Shown here one piece after another: positions 12,219-26,058 of a DNA stretch of 64,000 nucleotides. This DNA comes from Octopus vulgaris (taxonomy: Eukaryota). Below the pieces are notes generated by a model that had not been told where the DNA came from, made no database searches, and was given only the letters and a program-made list of their open reading frames with translations. Each line of letters starts with the position of its first letter. Position 1 is the first letter of the stretch. The stretch spans positions 15,872,001 to 15,936,000 of the forward strand of contig OX597815.1 of assembly GCA_951406725.2 (NCBI GenBank), read 5' to 3'. The position numbers and the translations under genes are program-made.

Positions 12219-12849
12219 TTGTTATTTTAAATTTCATTATTCTCTCCCCAACATTTCTTAACCAGAATTACTCATTAGACTAATTAGCTGTACTCTTTAC
12301 TATGAGTGTAATTTGAATGAATTAAAATCTCTTAGTTCACCACCACATACTTTAGCACAAGCCTAAAAGAGGGATTTGTCTTCTTGTTGTTTATCCTCTT
12401 TTTTCTTCATTTAGGATAATCATAGTAAATCTAAATGGGTCTATGAATATTTTAACATCACAGAAGAAGAAAGACTTTATTATGACACTTCGAAAACATT
12501 CTATAACTTATAAAATGGCGTCACGTTGTCCTCATATTTCTTTTTTTTATAGTGTGTGTGTGTGTGTGTGTTGTGTGTGAGCATGTGTGTATGTTTATCT
12601 AAATGGGTATGTGGGAATCTGTGTATATGTGTATATATATATGTGTGTGTATGTTCAAGCTGGACATTGGCTATATCACTGACATTACTCCCACCCACAT
12701 CGCTCCTCTAACCAGCTCATAAAAAAATAGTACGCCATGCATGTGTGTGTGTGCATATGTATGTGTCAGAGAGAGTATATATGTATGTTTAAATGTATTA
12801 GATATATGTTTGAGGAAAGTATTTGCATATGCATGCATGTGTGTGTGCA

Positions 12850-12997
12850 TGCGTATGTATTAACATACATACATTCATACATACATACATACACACACAC
12901 ATACATACATACATTAATACATACATACACTCACACATACATACACACACACATACACACACACATACACACATACATACATACATACATACATACA

Positions 12998-13028
<31 letters not shown>

Positions 13029-13052
13029 TTATACATACATATATACATACAC
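12850..13052. repeat. (TACA)n/(CA)n microsatellite
   Basis: Direct inspection. Confidence 0.95.
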
Positions 13053-13699
13053 ACTTCAGCTTGAGAGAGTTAAAACACCCGATTAATTATACATTCGTTC
13101 CCTACTAATTGTGTCATTACTTATCTTCTCTTTAATGTCACATTCGTCAAACACATTCATCAATCCACCATTTGATTAAAAAAAAAAACAATCTAATTTT
13201 TTTTACTCTCTTTTATTTCATTTATTATTTATTTCACATTTTCTTTTCTCAATTGATATACACAAATGTTAATCAGGAAGTTAATCCAGCCTCATTTTTA
13301 GGTCACAGACAACAATACCAAGCTTCTCTATGCCACAAAAGCTGTCCATAAAATAACTCATTTTCTATGCTTTCTTTACTATTTTTTCTTCTTTACCAAG
13401 CCTTTCTTTTTGTAAGTATATTTACTATTCTTGACTTCTCAAGTATGCTGGTCCCCACTTTACTATTGAGCATTCATTCAGTAGGCATTCCTGGGTATTT
13501 TTTCCAAGTTATTCTTTTAATAAGACAGCCCAGAATGTACACCTCCTCCTTCTTCTTCTCATTAAGTGAGATGAAATTGGAGAATTGCCTTGAGAATAAT
13601 CAAGATGGAAAACTTTGAGGCCCTATTTAAATTTTAACATCCATTGAGGTAAGGTTATAAAAGATTCAGCAACTGACCTGACCTGAGCAGCAAAAGATA

Positions 13700-14340
13700 A
13701 TAATAATAATAATGAAATTATTGTACACAGTGCTCAGGTGCACCACAACTTGTCAAAAGTGCGTATAAAGTATATGCAGTAAAGTACAAATGTCTGGGAA
13801 GTGAACAGTGTATGAGTCAGATACATGCTTGCGTGTGTATGGAGGGGAGAAAATCAGGTGTAGTGTTGGCCAATCTCAGGAAGCATGGAAGTTTTGAAGG
13901 ATGACAGCATGTCACAAAATTGTGATGGTAGAAAAGAATTGCAACAGAGACCGAGGTCTAATTTTTTGATGTAAGTAGCATGATATGTCATATCAAGACC
14001 CACTGGAGCAGTATATTGGGCTGGTGATTTATTGATTTGAAACATCTGGGGGTACTTTCCCACTTGGCACTCATATTATGTGCGGTGGGGAGCCTGGTGG
14101 AGCGCAAATGAATATTTTAAAGATTTACTAAATGCGTACAGTGTAGAGCTGGATATAAGACAGGCAGTAAATGTGGAGTTTATTCTTTGGAATACTGCTC
14201 ACAAAACTGTTACAGTTCAGAAATGGAGGGAAAGCAGTTTCTAAAAAGCTGGTGGTAATTTTTTGGCAAGGACCCAAAAGGATCTGCTGTTATTTAGGAG
14301 GTAGGATTGTTTGTGGGCAGTGTGATGCACAATATATTGA
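13700..14340 (-). mobile_element. CR1/L2-like LINE 3' end with (TTA)n tail
   Basis: Degenerate C-terminal coding remnant on the minus strand, ending in an (ATT)n tail. Family assignment is tentative. Confidence 0.45.
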
Positions 14341-14354
14341 AACACTTATATACC

Positions 14355-14586
14355 TATTTCTTTACTACCCACAAGGGGCTAAACACAGAGGGGACAAACA
14401 AGGACAGACAAAGGGACTGAGTTGATTATATCGATCCCAGTGCGTAACTGGTACTTAATTTATCAACCCCGAAAGGATGAAAGGCAAAGTCGACCTTGGC
14501 AGAATTTGAACTCAGAACGTAACGGCAGACGAAATACAGCTACGCATTTCACCCGGAGTGCTAACGGTTCTGCCAACTCACCGCCT
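14355..14586 (-). mobile_element. SINE family A
   Basis: Matches the 70-300 copy. Confidence 0.9.
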
Positions 14587-14991
14587 TCCTTATATACCAG
14601 TAGTTTGCTTGATCAGGGACAACAAAGCATTTTGGCTTCCTTTTGCTTTTGCTTACACTCACCAGCTCAGTCATTCACACAACTTACTCACCTTCCGTCA
14701 TAAACACACACTCTCTTTCTGACACATGCATATGCACACACACACACACACACACACATGCATGGCGTACTATTTTTTTATGAGCTAGTTAGAGGAGCGA
14801 TGTGGGTGGGAGTAATGTCAGCGATACAGCCAATGTCCAGCTAGAACATTTGTAGGTTAAGTTATTTGTGGAAAATGTGGACAGAAAGAGAACCAGACAA
14901 ATCTGAATGAATACTTGTAACACACACACACATACTCAGATACCACACGTAAATTTACACACCAAAACACATACACACAAAATATACATAA

Positions 14992-15392
14992 CTCTTTTAC
15001 TTGTTTCAGTCATTTGACTGCGGCCATGCTGGAGCACCGCCTTTTAATCAAACAAATCGACCCCGGGACTTATTCTTTTGTAAGCCCAGTACTTATCCTA
15101 TCGGTCTCTTTTGCTGAACCGCTAAGTAACGGGGACATAAACACACCAGCATCGGTTGTCAAGCAATGCTAGGGGAACAAACACAGACACACAAACACAC
15201 GCACGCATAAATATATATGTACATATATACGACGGGCTTCTTTCAGTTTCCGTCTACCAAATCCACTCACAAGGCTTTGGTCGGCCCGAGGCTATAGCAG
15301 AAGACACTTGCCCAAGGTGCTACGCAGTGGGACTGAATCCGGAACCATGTGGTTGGTAAACAAGCTACTTACCACACAGCCACTCCTGCGCC
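14992..15392 (-). mobile_element. tRNA-derived CORE-type SINE, family C, full length
   Basis: Minus strand has GGCGCAGGAGTGGCTGTGTGGT (A-box), G.ATTCAGTCCC (B-box), CACCTTGGGCAAGT (CORE-like), an internal microsatellite and a GACTGAAACAAGTAAAAGAG tail. Confidence 0.9.
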
Positions 15393-15715
15393 TAAATACA
15401 CAATACACAGATCAATTTCTAGAGAAGCGGATACAACCAGCGTAATTTCCCACAATACGTTACAGGTACTTTGTTGAATAAGAGAAATGACAAAGTTGAA
15501 GTTAGCAGGGTGTTACCTGAAATATTGCTAATTAAGTGTTTGTAATAGTATACAATCAACAATAGTAGTAGTAGTAGTACCATCATGTCACTGAAAACTG
15601 GGTCTATGGATTCACTTTGTTGCATTTCTGTCTGTAGTATTTATTGTTTCTCTGAAACCCAGATCTTCATTCAACTGTGATAGAACTTCAGAGAGTAAAA
15701 TATGTCTTTCTACCA

Positions 15716-15969
15716 TCCTTTCTTTCTTTTTTCTTTTCTTTCTTTCCTTTCTTTCTTTCTCTTTCTTTCTTTCTCTCTTTCTTTTTTCTTTCTTTCTTTT
15801 TTACTTTCTTTCTTTCTCTCTTTCTTTTTTTTCTTTCTTTCTCTCTTTCTTTTTTCTTTCTTTCTTTCTCTCTTTCTTTTTTACTTTCTTTCTTTCTCTC
15901 TTTCTTTTTTTTCTTTCTTTCTCTCTTTCTGTCTCTTTCTTTATTTCTCTCCCACACATTTCTTTCTTC

Positions 15970-16015
<46 letters not shown>

Positions 16016-16102
16016 CTCTTTCTTTCTCTTTCTTTCTTTCTCTCCCACACATTTCTTTCTTCCTTCCTTTCTTTCTTTCTTTCTTTCTTTCTCTCTTTCT
16101 TT
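15716..16102. repeat. (TTTC)n polypyrimidine tract
   Basis: Direct inspection. Source of several spurious F/S/L and K/E/R ORFs. Confidence 0.95.
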
Positions 16103-16853
16103 TTAATGTTCAGATATGAAGAAAACATTGCAAATGAGAAGTGTCAACAGTCCTAAGCAAACAACCATGATTATTAACGATGCTACTGTTTAATCTTGTA
16201 CTTCAGTTGTTTCATTCATCACTTAGTCAATTGTCATTAGCAAAAGAAAAGGATATAGCAGACATCCTTGTCTCACCCACCTAACGCACATCAGGACAGA
16301 GATTAATTGCATTAAAGTTTCACTATGTACATGTTGACATGTTAATCAATCATAAGCAAATCTGACCAAAGTAATAATCTCCCAAAGTATGATGGCAGCG
16401 GTACCAAAATGTTGAAGCAATTTCCAGTGTCACCCTGTCCACATTATCAAATGCCTTCTCAGGAAAAGGTGAACCAGCAACCTATCAATGCCCAAATCAA
16501 GTAGAGGAAATATGGTTTGACTGGGACACACCCTATGGAAACTGTTTCCAATATTATAAAGTAATCCCTCCGATGGACACCCAAAGAAGGGACAAGTGTG
16601 ACAGATCAAAAAAAAAAAATACGTGGAGAATGTCTGCAAAAACTGAAGCACAGGCAAGCAACTACAATCTGAAGAATAACTGCAAGCCATTGCCTAAGTT
16701 CAAGACAGATGGCAATCTCTTGTTGGTGCCCTAGCTCCACATGGAATGAAAGCAATTAACAACAACTACTTAACTACAACTAGTGTGACTTCAAACATAG
16801 TAATAATTAAAAAGACTGGAGAACTTTGAAATATGAAATAATAATACTAATAA

Positions 16854-17041
16854 TGGTGGCACGTAAAAAGCACCCACTACACTCACGGAGTGGTTGGCGT
16901 TAGGAAGGGCATCCAGCCGTAGAAACACTGCCAGATTAGACTGGGCTTGATGCAGCCTTCTGGCTTCACAGACCCCAGTTGAACCGTGCAACCCATGCCA
17001 GCATGGAAAGCGGACGCTAAATGATGATGATGATGATGATG
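16854..17041 (+). mobile_element. SINE family B, 3' part with (GAT)n tail
   Basis: Family B core followed by GATGATGATG. Confidence 0.9.
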
Positions 17042-17202
17042 TTTCTGATTTAGGTACAATGTCAGCAATTTTGAGGGAAATGGTTTTCTCATAACATTGA
17101 TCTCAGTACTTAACTGGTACTTTTTTTTTCTCAACTCTGGAGAGATGAATGGCAAAGTTAACTTCAAAAGGGTTTTGAACACAGAATATACAGCCACATG
17201 TC

Positions 17203-18440
17203 AGTCTGAATGTTAAAGTCCAGCAAATCTTGCATTTCTTACTTTCTAGTACTTTACTCAGTTCATCTTCATACCATTTATCAGTATGTTCAAATCCTAG
17301 CTTTCTACATCACTCCCAGTGGATTGCTCTCCCTAGGTTGTCATGTCTTTTCTTGTATTCTTTCTGTGCCAACATGCTACATTCACTTATATATGTAATG
17401 CTTCCATCTTTTGATTTGAACAACCTATGACTGTGGGATCATGTCAGAGGCTTTCCTATAATCTATCCATGCCATTGTTAGATTTTTCTTTCAAGCTTTT
17501 ACTTCATTTAGAACTGCTTTGTCTTTGTATAATAGATCATTCATTCTTCTTGCATTCTTCCTGCATTTTTTGTTCTTCTGGCAGTAAATTCTGGTTCCTG
17601 AAAATGTTTTCTGAAAGCATTCCCATTAAAAGCTTCCCCACTAGTGGTAAGTAAGTGATTGGTCTATGGTTGCTAGCTGCATTACCCTTGCTCTTAGCTT
17701 TCATAACGAGTATTGTCCTCCCTCTAGTCATTCGATCTGGTATTATTCCACCATTAAGGCAATCCTAAAGTTGTTCCCTCAGTCTCCCATGTAAACTATT
17801 AACTTTCTTTTACCAGTACCCTTGAACTAAATCTGGTCCTGGACAAAAACCAAGTAGATTCCCAATGTAGGTTATGCAAATCGAAAGAAGAAAGCCTTAC
17901 TCATGGTATTCATATAGTAAGTGAATGTAGCATGTTGGCACAGAAAAAATACAAGAAAAGACATGACAACCTAGGGAGAGTAATCCACTGGGAGTGATGT
18001 AGAAAGCTAGGATTTGAACATACTGATAAATGGTGTGAAGATGAACTGAGTAAAGTACTAGAAAGTAAGAAATAGAAGATGTTGTGGGACTTTAACATTC
18101 AGACTGACAGAGTAATAGAAGCTAGAAGGTCTGATTTAGTAGTAGTAGATAAAAAGAATAGAAAGTGCCAGATAATTGATTTTACAGTCCCAAATGACGA
18201 AAAAAAAATCAATATGAGAAGTATATAAAAAATAGTCAAGTGCCAGGACCTAGCCATTGAATCACAGAGGCTATGGAAAGTGTGGGTAAAATGTATTCCA
18301 GTAGTTATAAGTGCATTGGGAACTATCCCTAAAGATCTGAACAGATGGATAGAGGAAATAGGCATAAAACCCAGTTTAGTACAGCTCCAGAAAACAGTGA
18401 TATTAGGGGACAGCTAGGATACTTAGGAGGGTTCTTGGCC
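17203..18440. mobile_element. Rearranged R4/Dong-type (restriction-like endonuclease) non-LTR retrotransposon remnant
   Basis: Plus strand 18040-18420 gives MLWDFNIQTDRVIEARRSDLVVVDKK..IIDFTVP..IPVVISALG (RLE). Minus strand 17560-17845 gives GPDLVQGYW..GRTILVMK..NHRPITYLP (RT N-terminus). 17203-17395 is an inverted copy of 17910-18105. Confidence 0.85.
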
Positions 18441-19067
18441 CAATGTCAGGATTTTTTCTTTTCCAAAAGTCTAATCTGTTGTGCGTATATGAAAATAATA
18501 AGGAAGCATTATTTGAAACGAACATGGGAAGCATTGCAAAGACAAAGATTACCTAAAAAGGATGAGGAGGAAAGAAAAAGGATGAGATAAAAGAATATAT
18601 TGTATATTAATTTATGAATACATAGGTGATAATGTCCTAATACTGGTGGACCTCCAGTTAAGGCCAACTTCACAGATCAAGGATCACCCTGACCTTCAAC
18701 TGTCTTCCACTTAAGATTACAGGGAGAGAGTCTGTAATGCTTATAGTTTCTTTGAGGTTGTACGAAAACAGAACTGAAATGATATACTGGAGAGGAGAAA
18801 AAAATGATCTTCCATTTTATGTATTTGAAATGGTGCACATGGTAAACCATGGTCTTCAGTTCATAGATCTCAAAGATGCAACATTGCATACAAAAATCTA
18901 GAGCTTTAACAAAAATATAAATTGCTCCATGCATGGAAGTTCAGACAATCTCTTTACATTCTGTTCTTGGATTACCTGGTGTCATTTTCACAAACATAAC
19001 TTATTCACATTATTTAGCACCTGCATTAGAGCTTACTATTGTATGTAATGCCAAATATCAACAAATA

Positions 19068-19634
19068 TTGGGTTGTCCGGAAAGTTCATGCCGATTTTTA
19101 AAGGAAAGAAAAAGGTCAATAAATACTTGCCATTAGATTTTTAATCAACCAAATGTGAACCATTTTGTTGCACAATGCATCTCCATCTTTCCTTTAACTT
19201 GAAAATACCCTCATCCCAGAATTGAGGTGGTTTCATGGCAAAGAATTCATAAAAGGTATCTTTTTACGTCATCCAAGGAATTGAAATTTTTACCATTAAG
19301 ACTATTCTGTAGAAACCTGAATAAGTGGAAATCCAAAGGAGCAATATCTGGTGAATATGGAGAGTGGAGTAACACATCCCAGCCGGACTGCAGCAATTTT
19401 TGTCTGGTTCCCAAAACATCAAGTGCTGAAAATGAAATTTCTTATCTTTCGTTTTAAAGGGTTACAGAATTAACACAGGTTATAGGAACACAAACCTTCT
19501 TCCATGAAAAGATAGCTTAAACTATGCTCTAAATGGAGGTATAGTCAAATCCTACTTTATGGACTAAACCATGTTCTAAAATAAGTTGAAAGGTAAGCTA
19601 CTATAAATCAACACAAACTTTCCGGACAACCCAA
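19068..19634 (-). mobile_element. Internally deleted mariner element with both TIRs
   Basis: TIRs TTGGGTTGTCCGGAAAGTT / AACTTTCCGGACAACCCAA, with TA on the left. Minus strand gives WDVLLHSPYSPDIAPLDFHLFR (mariner YSPDLAP motif). Confidence 0.9.
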
Positions 19635-20499
19635 CATAATTTTCTTACATTTTTATTCATTCCACTTCTTTACATTTTGTTGTTCACCATTTTATGTACA
19701 TAATACAAAAAATTGCCAAGAAAAAAGATCAAATTAAAGATGTATTTCAATGGTAAAAGAACAAAGAAAATTGATGGAAACAATCCAGTATGGCAACAAT
19801 AAAAATAAAGAGAAAAAAGAAGGAAATCCTTCGATTCTATCAAAGGCTACAATTCTATTAATAAAACCTGTTCCTCTAATACAAAGATAATGGTTTGGAT
19901 AAAAACATAAAAAAGATACACATGAAAGGTCCCAACAATCAGAAATGTTAAAATTCTACAAGTATATCAGCAATAGTCGTCTCAAACTGACATCTGGAGG
20001 TACAAAAGTGTGGAATACAAAAACCCAATATAATATTCATATGAATCAATAGTTTATACCTCTGATTTCCCTTTTGTCAATCTATAGTGAGTATGATTTC
20101 ATTTGGTGGTCAGTAAAGATGTTTTAAGTTTGTGTGTGTGTGTATGTGTGTGTGGTATTTCCATTTACAATGAAAATGTAGTGTTTAGAACACTCTTTTA
20201 GTTAAATTTTTACTTTTTGGCTACCTTTAAAAAAATATTTTGGCTTGTTCATTTAACACAAAAATTAACAACGATGACAACCACTTCTAAATGATCTGAT
20301 TCAGTCAGAGATTTCACACTGGAGCATTAAATGCTGGAATAAATGGGAAATTGGACTTAATCAATAGCAGAAAAAAAAAGCAACAACAACAAACCCTTTT
20401 TATACATACATACATACATACATACATACATACATACATACATACATACATACATACATACATACATACATAGATACATACTTACATACTTACATACTG

Positions 20500-21490
20500 T
20501 GGTGGAAGGGTAATTGACTGGATGGGAGCAGGTAAGATGGCACAGGAAGACTGGGCAAATCTGCCTCTTTGTCCAAATCACCTTAAAGACCTTCACAATG
20601 ATCTTCAGCACCAAACTCAGGCTAAAACCCAGTTGAGTCAGGCAGCATGTTCTGCCCCTGTACCTCACTAGTTGGTATTTCTACAACTTCTCTGTTATAT
20701 GGAGCAGCAGATAGGCAGACTTGAGGTTGACTATCATATCTATGGAGGCAGTCTTCTGGTACAACATGTCACCTGGGGTAGGACAACCTGAAGAGGTGGT
20801 CCTGCAAAGGGCCATATTCTGGTACAAATGGTGACACTTGAGTGTGGTGCCACAGCAGCCAGAGGTGAAAAGGGTTACATCTGTGCAAGATGGAGATGAA
20901 GTGTGGGTGAAGCCCCTGAATGCTCAGTGCACAACACAGTGAGAAAAAGGAAAGGTGATTACAACCAGTACTCCGAATAATGTATCAGGGGATGGAATGC
21001 TATGTCACATCCTGGATATTTGAAGGGTGATTAGCTCTCCTGATGATGAAGGGGAGGGAGAAGCCAGCCCTGTGACCAGGGTTGCCACTCATCAAATAAT
21101 AAAACACCCAGATTATTTGCTGCAAAAAACCCAGATCCTATTATATAAACCCAGATGTTAGAAAATTGGTATATAATTGGTAATTTAATAAAATATATGA
21201 CAAAATGAATACAGAATTTAATACTTACTTTATATCATATGGAAGCTAATTGTCAATTTCGTACACATCCACATCATCTTTCACTCCTTCAATGGTAATA
21301 CAATCATTTTCTTCGTTTCTGAATAATTATGAATCAGAACAAGGGGAGCAGAAATCTTTAGATCAAGGAGGCGTATGGTGGAAGGGTAATTGATCAGAAG
21401 GGAGAAGGAGAGACAGCACAGGAAGATCAGAAGGGGCCAGATGATGTCACATCGGCAAGTGACAGGGCAAGTCTGCCTCTTTTTATGCTG
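20500..21490 (+). mobile_element. Gypsy-like LTR retrotransposon relic (integrase C-terminus, possible LTR remnants)
   Basis: Frame from 20742 reads EAVFWYNMSP...DGDEVWVKPLNAQCTTQ*EKGKV...NNVSGDGMLCHILDI*, with in-frame TGA stops. GGTGGAAGGGTAATTGA..GCACAGGAAGA..GGGCAA.TCTGCCTCTTT is repeated at about 20501 and 21377. Confidence 0.65.
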
Positions 21491-22489
21491 TCTGCGGATG
21501 AGGCAAGTCATGCTGTTAGAAGTGGTGTCAAGGGATCTAAGTTGAAAAGATCGGTTGAATCAATATGTGATAACAACTGAATGATTTGGCTACGATACGT
21601 GATTGCAACTTGAGGAAAAAGTAACTTATTTTCATGCCTTTAAACTATACATACCTACATATATACATGCATACATATATGCATACTTACATACATACAT
21701 ACATATATATGTAGGGATCTAGCTTGACTTTGCTTGAGATTTGAAACCAAATCCACCCACTTGTTGCTAGTCAAAACAAGTGGGAAATCCTCTCCACACT
21801 AGATGACTGATGAGGAAACACTCGACCCTCTAGGACCTGTGCTGGTCAAGGAAAGGTCAGTCCTTTGTTTAATGTCCTTTGTTAATGTAGATTTGACCTA
21901 CGTTACTGACCATAGCCTATATAACAGAGAATTTCCTATCTCTTTCTCTTATGTGTCAGCTACTACCAAGGAGCATCACCCTGTCTTTTGTGCCAGCCAG
22001 ACCACTCTTTTATGTCAGCCAGACTGAGGAGCAGCACCAGCTTTTGCATCAGCCTTAACCAAGAGCAGCACTTCCCTTCACCCTTTTCTCAACATGCAGA
22101 GAGAAGCTTTCAGCCACCAGAAAGGCAATGCCACCTTTATCTTTTCTTCCTTTCTAGTCAGCACCGTGCATTCCTTACTCTTTCACTCTCTACTGACAGA
22201 CAACCTTTTTCTACACTACCAACAACTAACCAGCAAGCCAACTTTGTTGTGATTATCATTAGAATTGCTACTGTCTCTTTAACTACCTGTTGGGCAAATG
22301 AATAACATGTAAAAAATGATTTTTCTTCTTTTTGGTATTGATTCTTCGATGTTTACTAGTACTCCGATGCGAGAACCTTGAAGCGTTACATCTACATGCT
22401 ATATTCAGTAGTGGGCGACATCCTATCGACCTGATATCACATCTTTCATCCAGCCTGCTATACATTCATACATAATGTGGACCTTACAG

Positions 22490-22690
22490 CTCTTATACCC
22501 TGACTATATTTGTACCTGTCATCATAGGTGTATTAGGTTATGTATCTAAAAATTTACACAAAAACCTAGAAATACAAGGATTTTCAAAGAAAGAGCAAAA
22601 GAAACTAAGGCTGATTCTCCAAATCCAATCTATCAGTGGCACATTGAAGATTTGTAACCCATTCTAATGATTCTCCATCTGAGATTCTTT
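22490..22690 (+). mobile_element. R4/Dong-type LINE 3' fragment
   Basis: LYPDY..VPVIIGVLGYVSKNLHKNLEIQGF, homologous to the 42680-42860 copy. Confidence 0.7.
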
Positions 22691-22879
22691 AGATGGAAAG
22701 ATGCACATACTATTGCTTTGACAGCTCAATCAACTCACCAATGCAATCACATATTTTTAAACCTCAGGAATTCTCTTAACTCGGAAGGTTTTGTCACTTT
22801 GTTAGCAAGTGCTTTGAGCTCTTTTAAGAAGAACATAAATAAAACTCAAATAAAACACACACACACACATACACACATA

Positions 22880-23170
22880 CATCATCATCATCATCATCGT
22901 TTAACGTCCGCTTTCCATGCTAGCATGGGTTGGACGGTTCAACTGGGGTCTGGGAAGCCCAAAGGCTGCACCAGGCCAGTCAGATCTGGCAGTGTTTCTA
23001 CAGCTGGATGCCCTTCCTAACGCCAACCACTCCATGAGTGTAGTGGGTGCTTTTTATGTGCCACCGACACAGGTGCCAGATGAGGCTGGCAAACGGCCAC
23101 GCTAGGGTGGTGTTTTTATGTGCCACCGACACAGGTGCCAGACGAGGCTGGCGAATGGCCATGCTCGGAT
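22880..23170 (-). mobile_element. SINE family B
   Basis: (CAT)n tail, core and two to three internal repeats. Confidence 0.9.
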
Positions 23171-23386
23171 ACAGTAGAAATAATGAAAATTGTTTTTGGA
23201 ATAAGATAAATATATAAAAATTAGAATTAGGATAAAGTAAATCATGTTGAGAAAATATATACAGCGTGCGTAAGATATTTGAGGGCAGATTTATGTTTAT
23301 AAAAAACAGATACATAATAACAGATAATAACTTTATTTATCAAAAGATGCTATGAAGATAAAAATAAACCTTTTCTATAATGTTAT

Positions 23387-23660
23387 TCAATAAAGCCACC
23401 TTCAGCTTCAACAACTTCTTCTATATGAGATCTACATGCTCAGAATCAAGTGGTCCTGGTTCATCTTGGACATTACTCTGACTATAGCAGCTTTCAAAGA
23501 AACTTTGGTGTTATGGGCATGTTCATTGAGCTCTCAACAATGTTCCACATGTAAATAGTCCAATGGATTGGGATCTGAGGAATTAGGAGGCCAAATATCA
23601 GGGGTTGTGTAATCATGAAAATTTTCAGCCATTCATTCCTGTGTTACTAGAGCCATGTGT
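23387..23660 (-). mobile_element. maT (DD37D) transposase 3' fragment
   Basis: Minus strand gives ENFHDYTTPDIWPPNSSDPNPLDY...EAEGGFIE*, homologous to 52650-52922. Confidence 0.8.
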
Positions 23661-23917
23661 AATAAGTGCAAAGTAGTAGAGGAGTGGCGGAGAAGATGGA
23701 GTAAGTGAAAGTGAGAAGGCGGTCAAGGTTGCGTATTTTAGAGAGATTAGAACAGATGATCACATGCATAAGGTGACAGGAAGTGGTGCGAGGATGTGTA
23801 AGATCATGGAAGCAGAATGGAAGGTAGGGTGGAAATAGAGGTGGAAGCGTTTGGGGACAAGGTTGAAGTGAAGGCAGTGACTAAGGAAGGAAATAGGGTT
23901 AGAGAAATTATTTTTTA

Positions 23918-25083
23918 CCTATAATATAAATTGGACATGGGTGATCGTTGTATTCTTTCTTGTCGTGAGGTTCACAGTCAAACGGCTGGGTGGATTCGCG
24001 TGAAAGATGGCACACATGTGGAGACAGGTGCATAGATTAGAATACGGTTTGTATTTATTCATAGCCCCCATAGTTAGCGAAAAAATCAATTAAAACTATT
24101 TTTAATGGAATTCCCCCCGCCATTAAAACAACCAGTTGCTCACACAGGAGGCATATACCATTTCACAAGCAACAAGGGGAGTACAGGATGACAGTCAACC
24201 AAAGCCATTCATACATACATACATACATACATAACCTCTCTCTCCTTTTCTCTGTCAGTCACTCACATATTCATTCACTACAAAAAGTGAATAACAAAAT
24301 TTCAGTTAACTCTCTCTCGGCCATACATAGATACATACATACTTAACAACCAGCGCGTGCGCGCGTGTCACTGAAGCCAGTCATACATACAAACATACGT
24401 AACGTCTCTCTCTCTCTCTTTTTTTCTCTCTCTCTCTCTCGCTTTTTCATTGTCAATCACTCACACATTCCCTCACTACAAAAAGTGAATAAAAAATTTC
24501 AGTTATATCTTTCTTTCTTACTTTCTCTCTCTCTCTCTCTCGTACACACACCAGCAACATTACTCTCTCTGTCTCTTCACACACACTAACAAGAGCAATT
24601 CACATACACATAACACATTGTCTTGCACAACCCATCAAGCACACACACACACGTACACACGCACATCAATTCTTCTGCTTCATACCAACTTCAAAAGAAC
24701 TTCATTCTAAAAAAATTAAATTTTTTTACGGAAACCGACGATTATCTTCAAAAATGTAAATAAACACACGTGGTTTATAAGAGGTTTGTAAGTGACAGTC
24801 GTGTGTTCTCATATCGAAAGATCTCCCAATGTTTTAATTAGACAGAGGTCCAATAGAACAGCTCTCAGAAACAGACTACGTACAAATTCGTTCTTCACAA
24901 CTCCTGAAGCTGTTTTCTGACAAGGGGAAGGGGCAGGAAATTTTCATACAGCCGGAAGCTCCAATCGAAACAGGGGATCCGAAATGATAAGGTTGAGAAA
25001 CGCTGTTATAGATTATGCCTAACCGAAAACGATCACAACCACATTATCCAAACAGACCGGGTGAAGTCAGGCTTAGCTACTAG
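23918..25083 (+). mobile_element. Probable non-autonomous Helitron
   Basis: 5' A|CCTATAATATAAA (TC mutated to CC), 3' imperfect hairpin CCGGGTGAAGTCAGG followed by CTAG|T, and internal microsatellites. Confidence 0.5.
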
Positions 25084-25360
25084 TTAATGTATAAGAAAAG
25101 GTTGAGAGAGGGCTGCAGCTTGCAGAAAAACATGGTGAAGTAATGTTTGAGACGGTGGTATAAGCAGAAGAGGAAAGGTGTATGATCAGGTATGTTTGAA
25201 TAAGAAATAGAGGATAAAGAAAGATAGTAGCAAAGTAAGTAACATACGAAGTAACAAAGCACTCAAGAAGTTCAAAATGTTCAAATACATACATACATAC
25301 ATACATACATACATACATACATACATACATACATACATACATACATACATACATACATAC

Positions 25361-25913
25361 ATGGTGGCTGCCCCCTCGTTATCGAGTATGGCCATTGCAC
25401 GAAGCTTAATCAATGTTATTATCGTGCAATGCCTGTGCAAGAAGATTTTTTTTAAAGTGAGGAAAGGCTGTGCACTGAGTCAATCCCACTCACTAAGCAA
25501 CAGCAGCCATAATCCAAAAAGAAGAACAAGTCAACATCATCGGTAACCACTGAGCCGCAGGTTTTATCTCGGAGTTATCCCAGTTACCTGAGTTACCTTC
25601 TCCTAGAAGGATGCCCTAACAAAGGCTAGGAGTCCTTCACTCCCAATGGTTTAACCGCGCGATCGGGTATTCAGTCCGATTATTTCTATGTCCCCGCGCA
25701 TGATACAGCCTTAAGACATTTATTGGATGGCCGTTGACTCTCAAGTGTTCCTCCACCCTTTGACGGGTTTTGTTTTTCATTTCGCAGGGTGTCCAATAAA
25801 CACCCTCCTCACCAAGCAAGCTTGGTGGGGTTGCCGGTTTAGTCGCCGACGACCCGACCATGCAACAGGTTGTACTGGGTTACATGTTACCAGTAGCACT
25901 CGAAGGTGACCTG
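25361..25913 (-). mobile_element. Bipartite RTE-derived non-autonomous element embedded in (TACA)n
   Basis: Its 3' end (TTCGTGCAATGGCCATACTCGATAACGAGG.GGCAGCCA) is shared with the zinc-finger LINE fragment at 28121. The 5' part (GGCGACTAAACC..CCCCACCAAGCTTGCTTGGTGAGGAGGG) also occurs at 42215-42365. No ORF. Confidence 0.65.
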
Positions 25914-25968
25914 ACATACATACATACATACATACATACATACATACATACATACATACATACATACA

Positions 25969-25999
<31 letters not shown>

Positions 26000-26058
26000 G
26001 CATGTATGTATAACTATTGCATGTAGCAAATAAATGAAAGGGGAAAATATTATTTATT

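Noticed and set aside
15677-16156. Hydrophobic and Lys/Glu/Arg-rich ORFs (also 26621-27218, 39695-40469, 56639-57070, 59849-60228)
   Set aside because: Translations of simple repeats lacking stop codons.
21800-21835. CTGATGAG-GAAAC hammerhead-like core
   Set aside because: No stem II and no credible stem I or III pairing.
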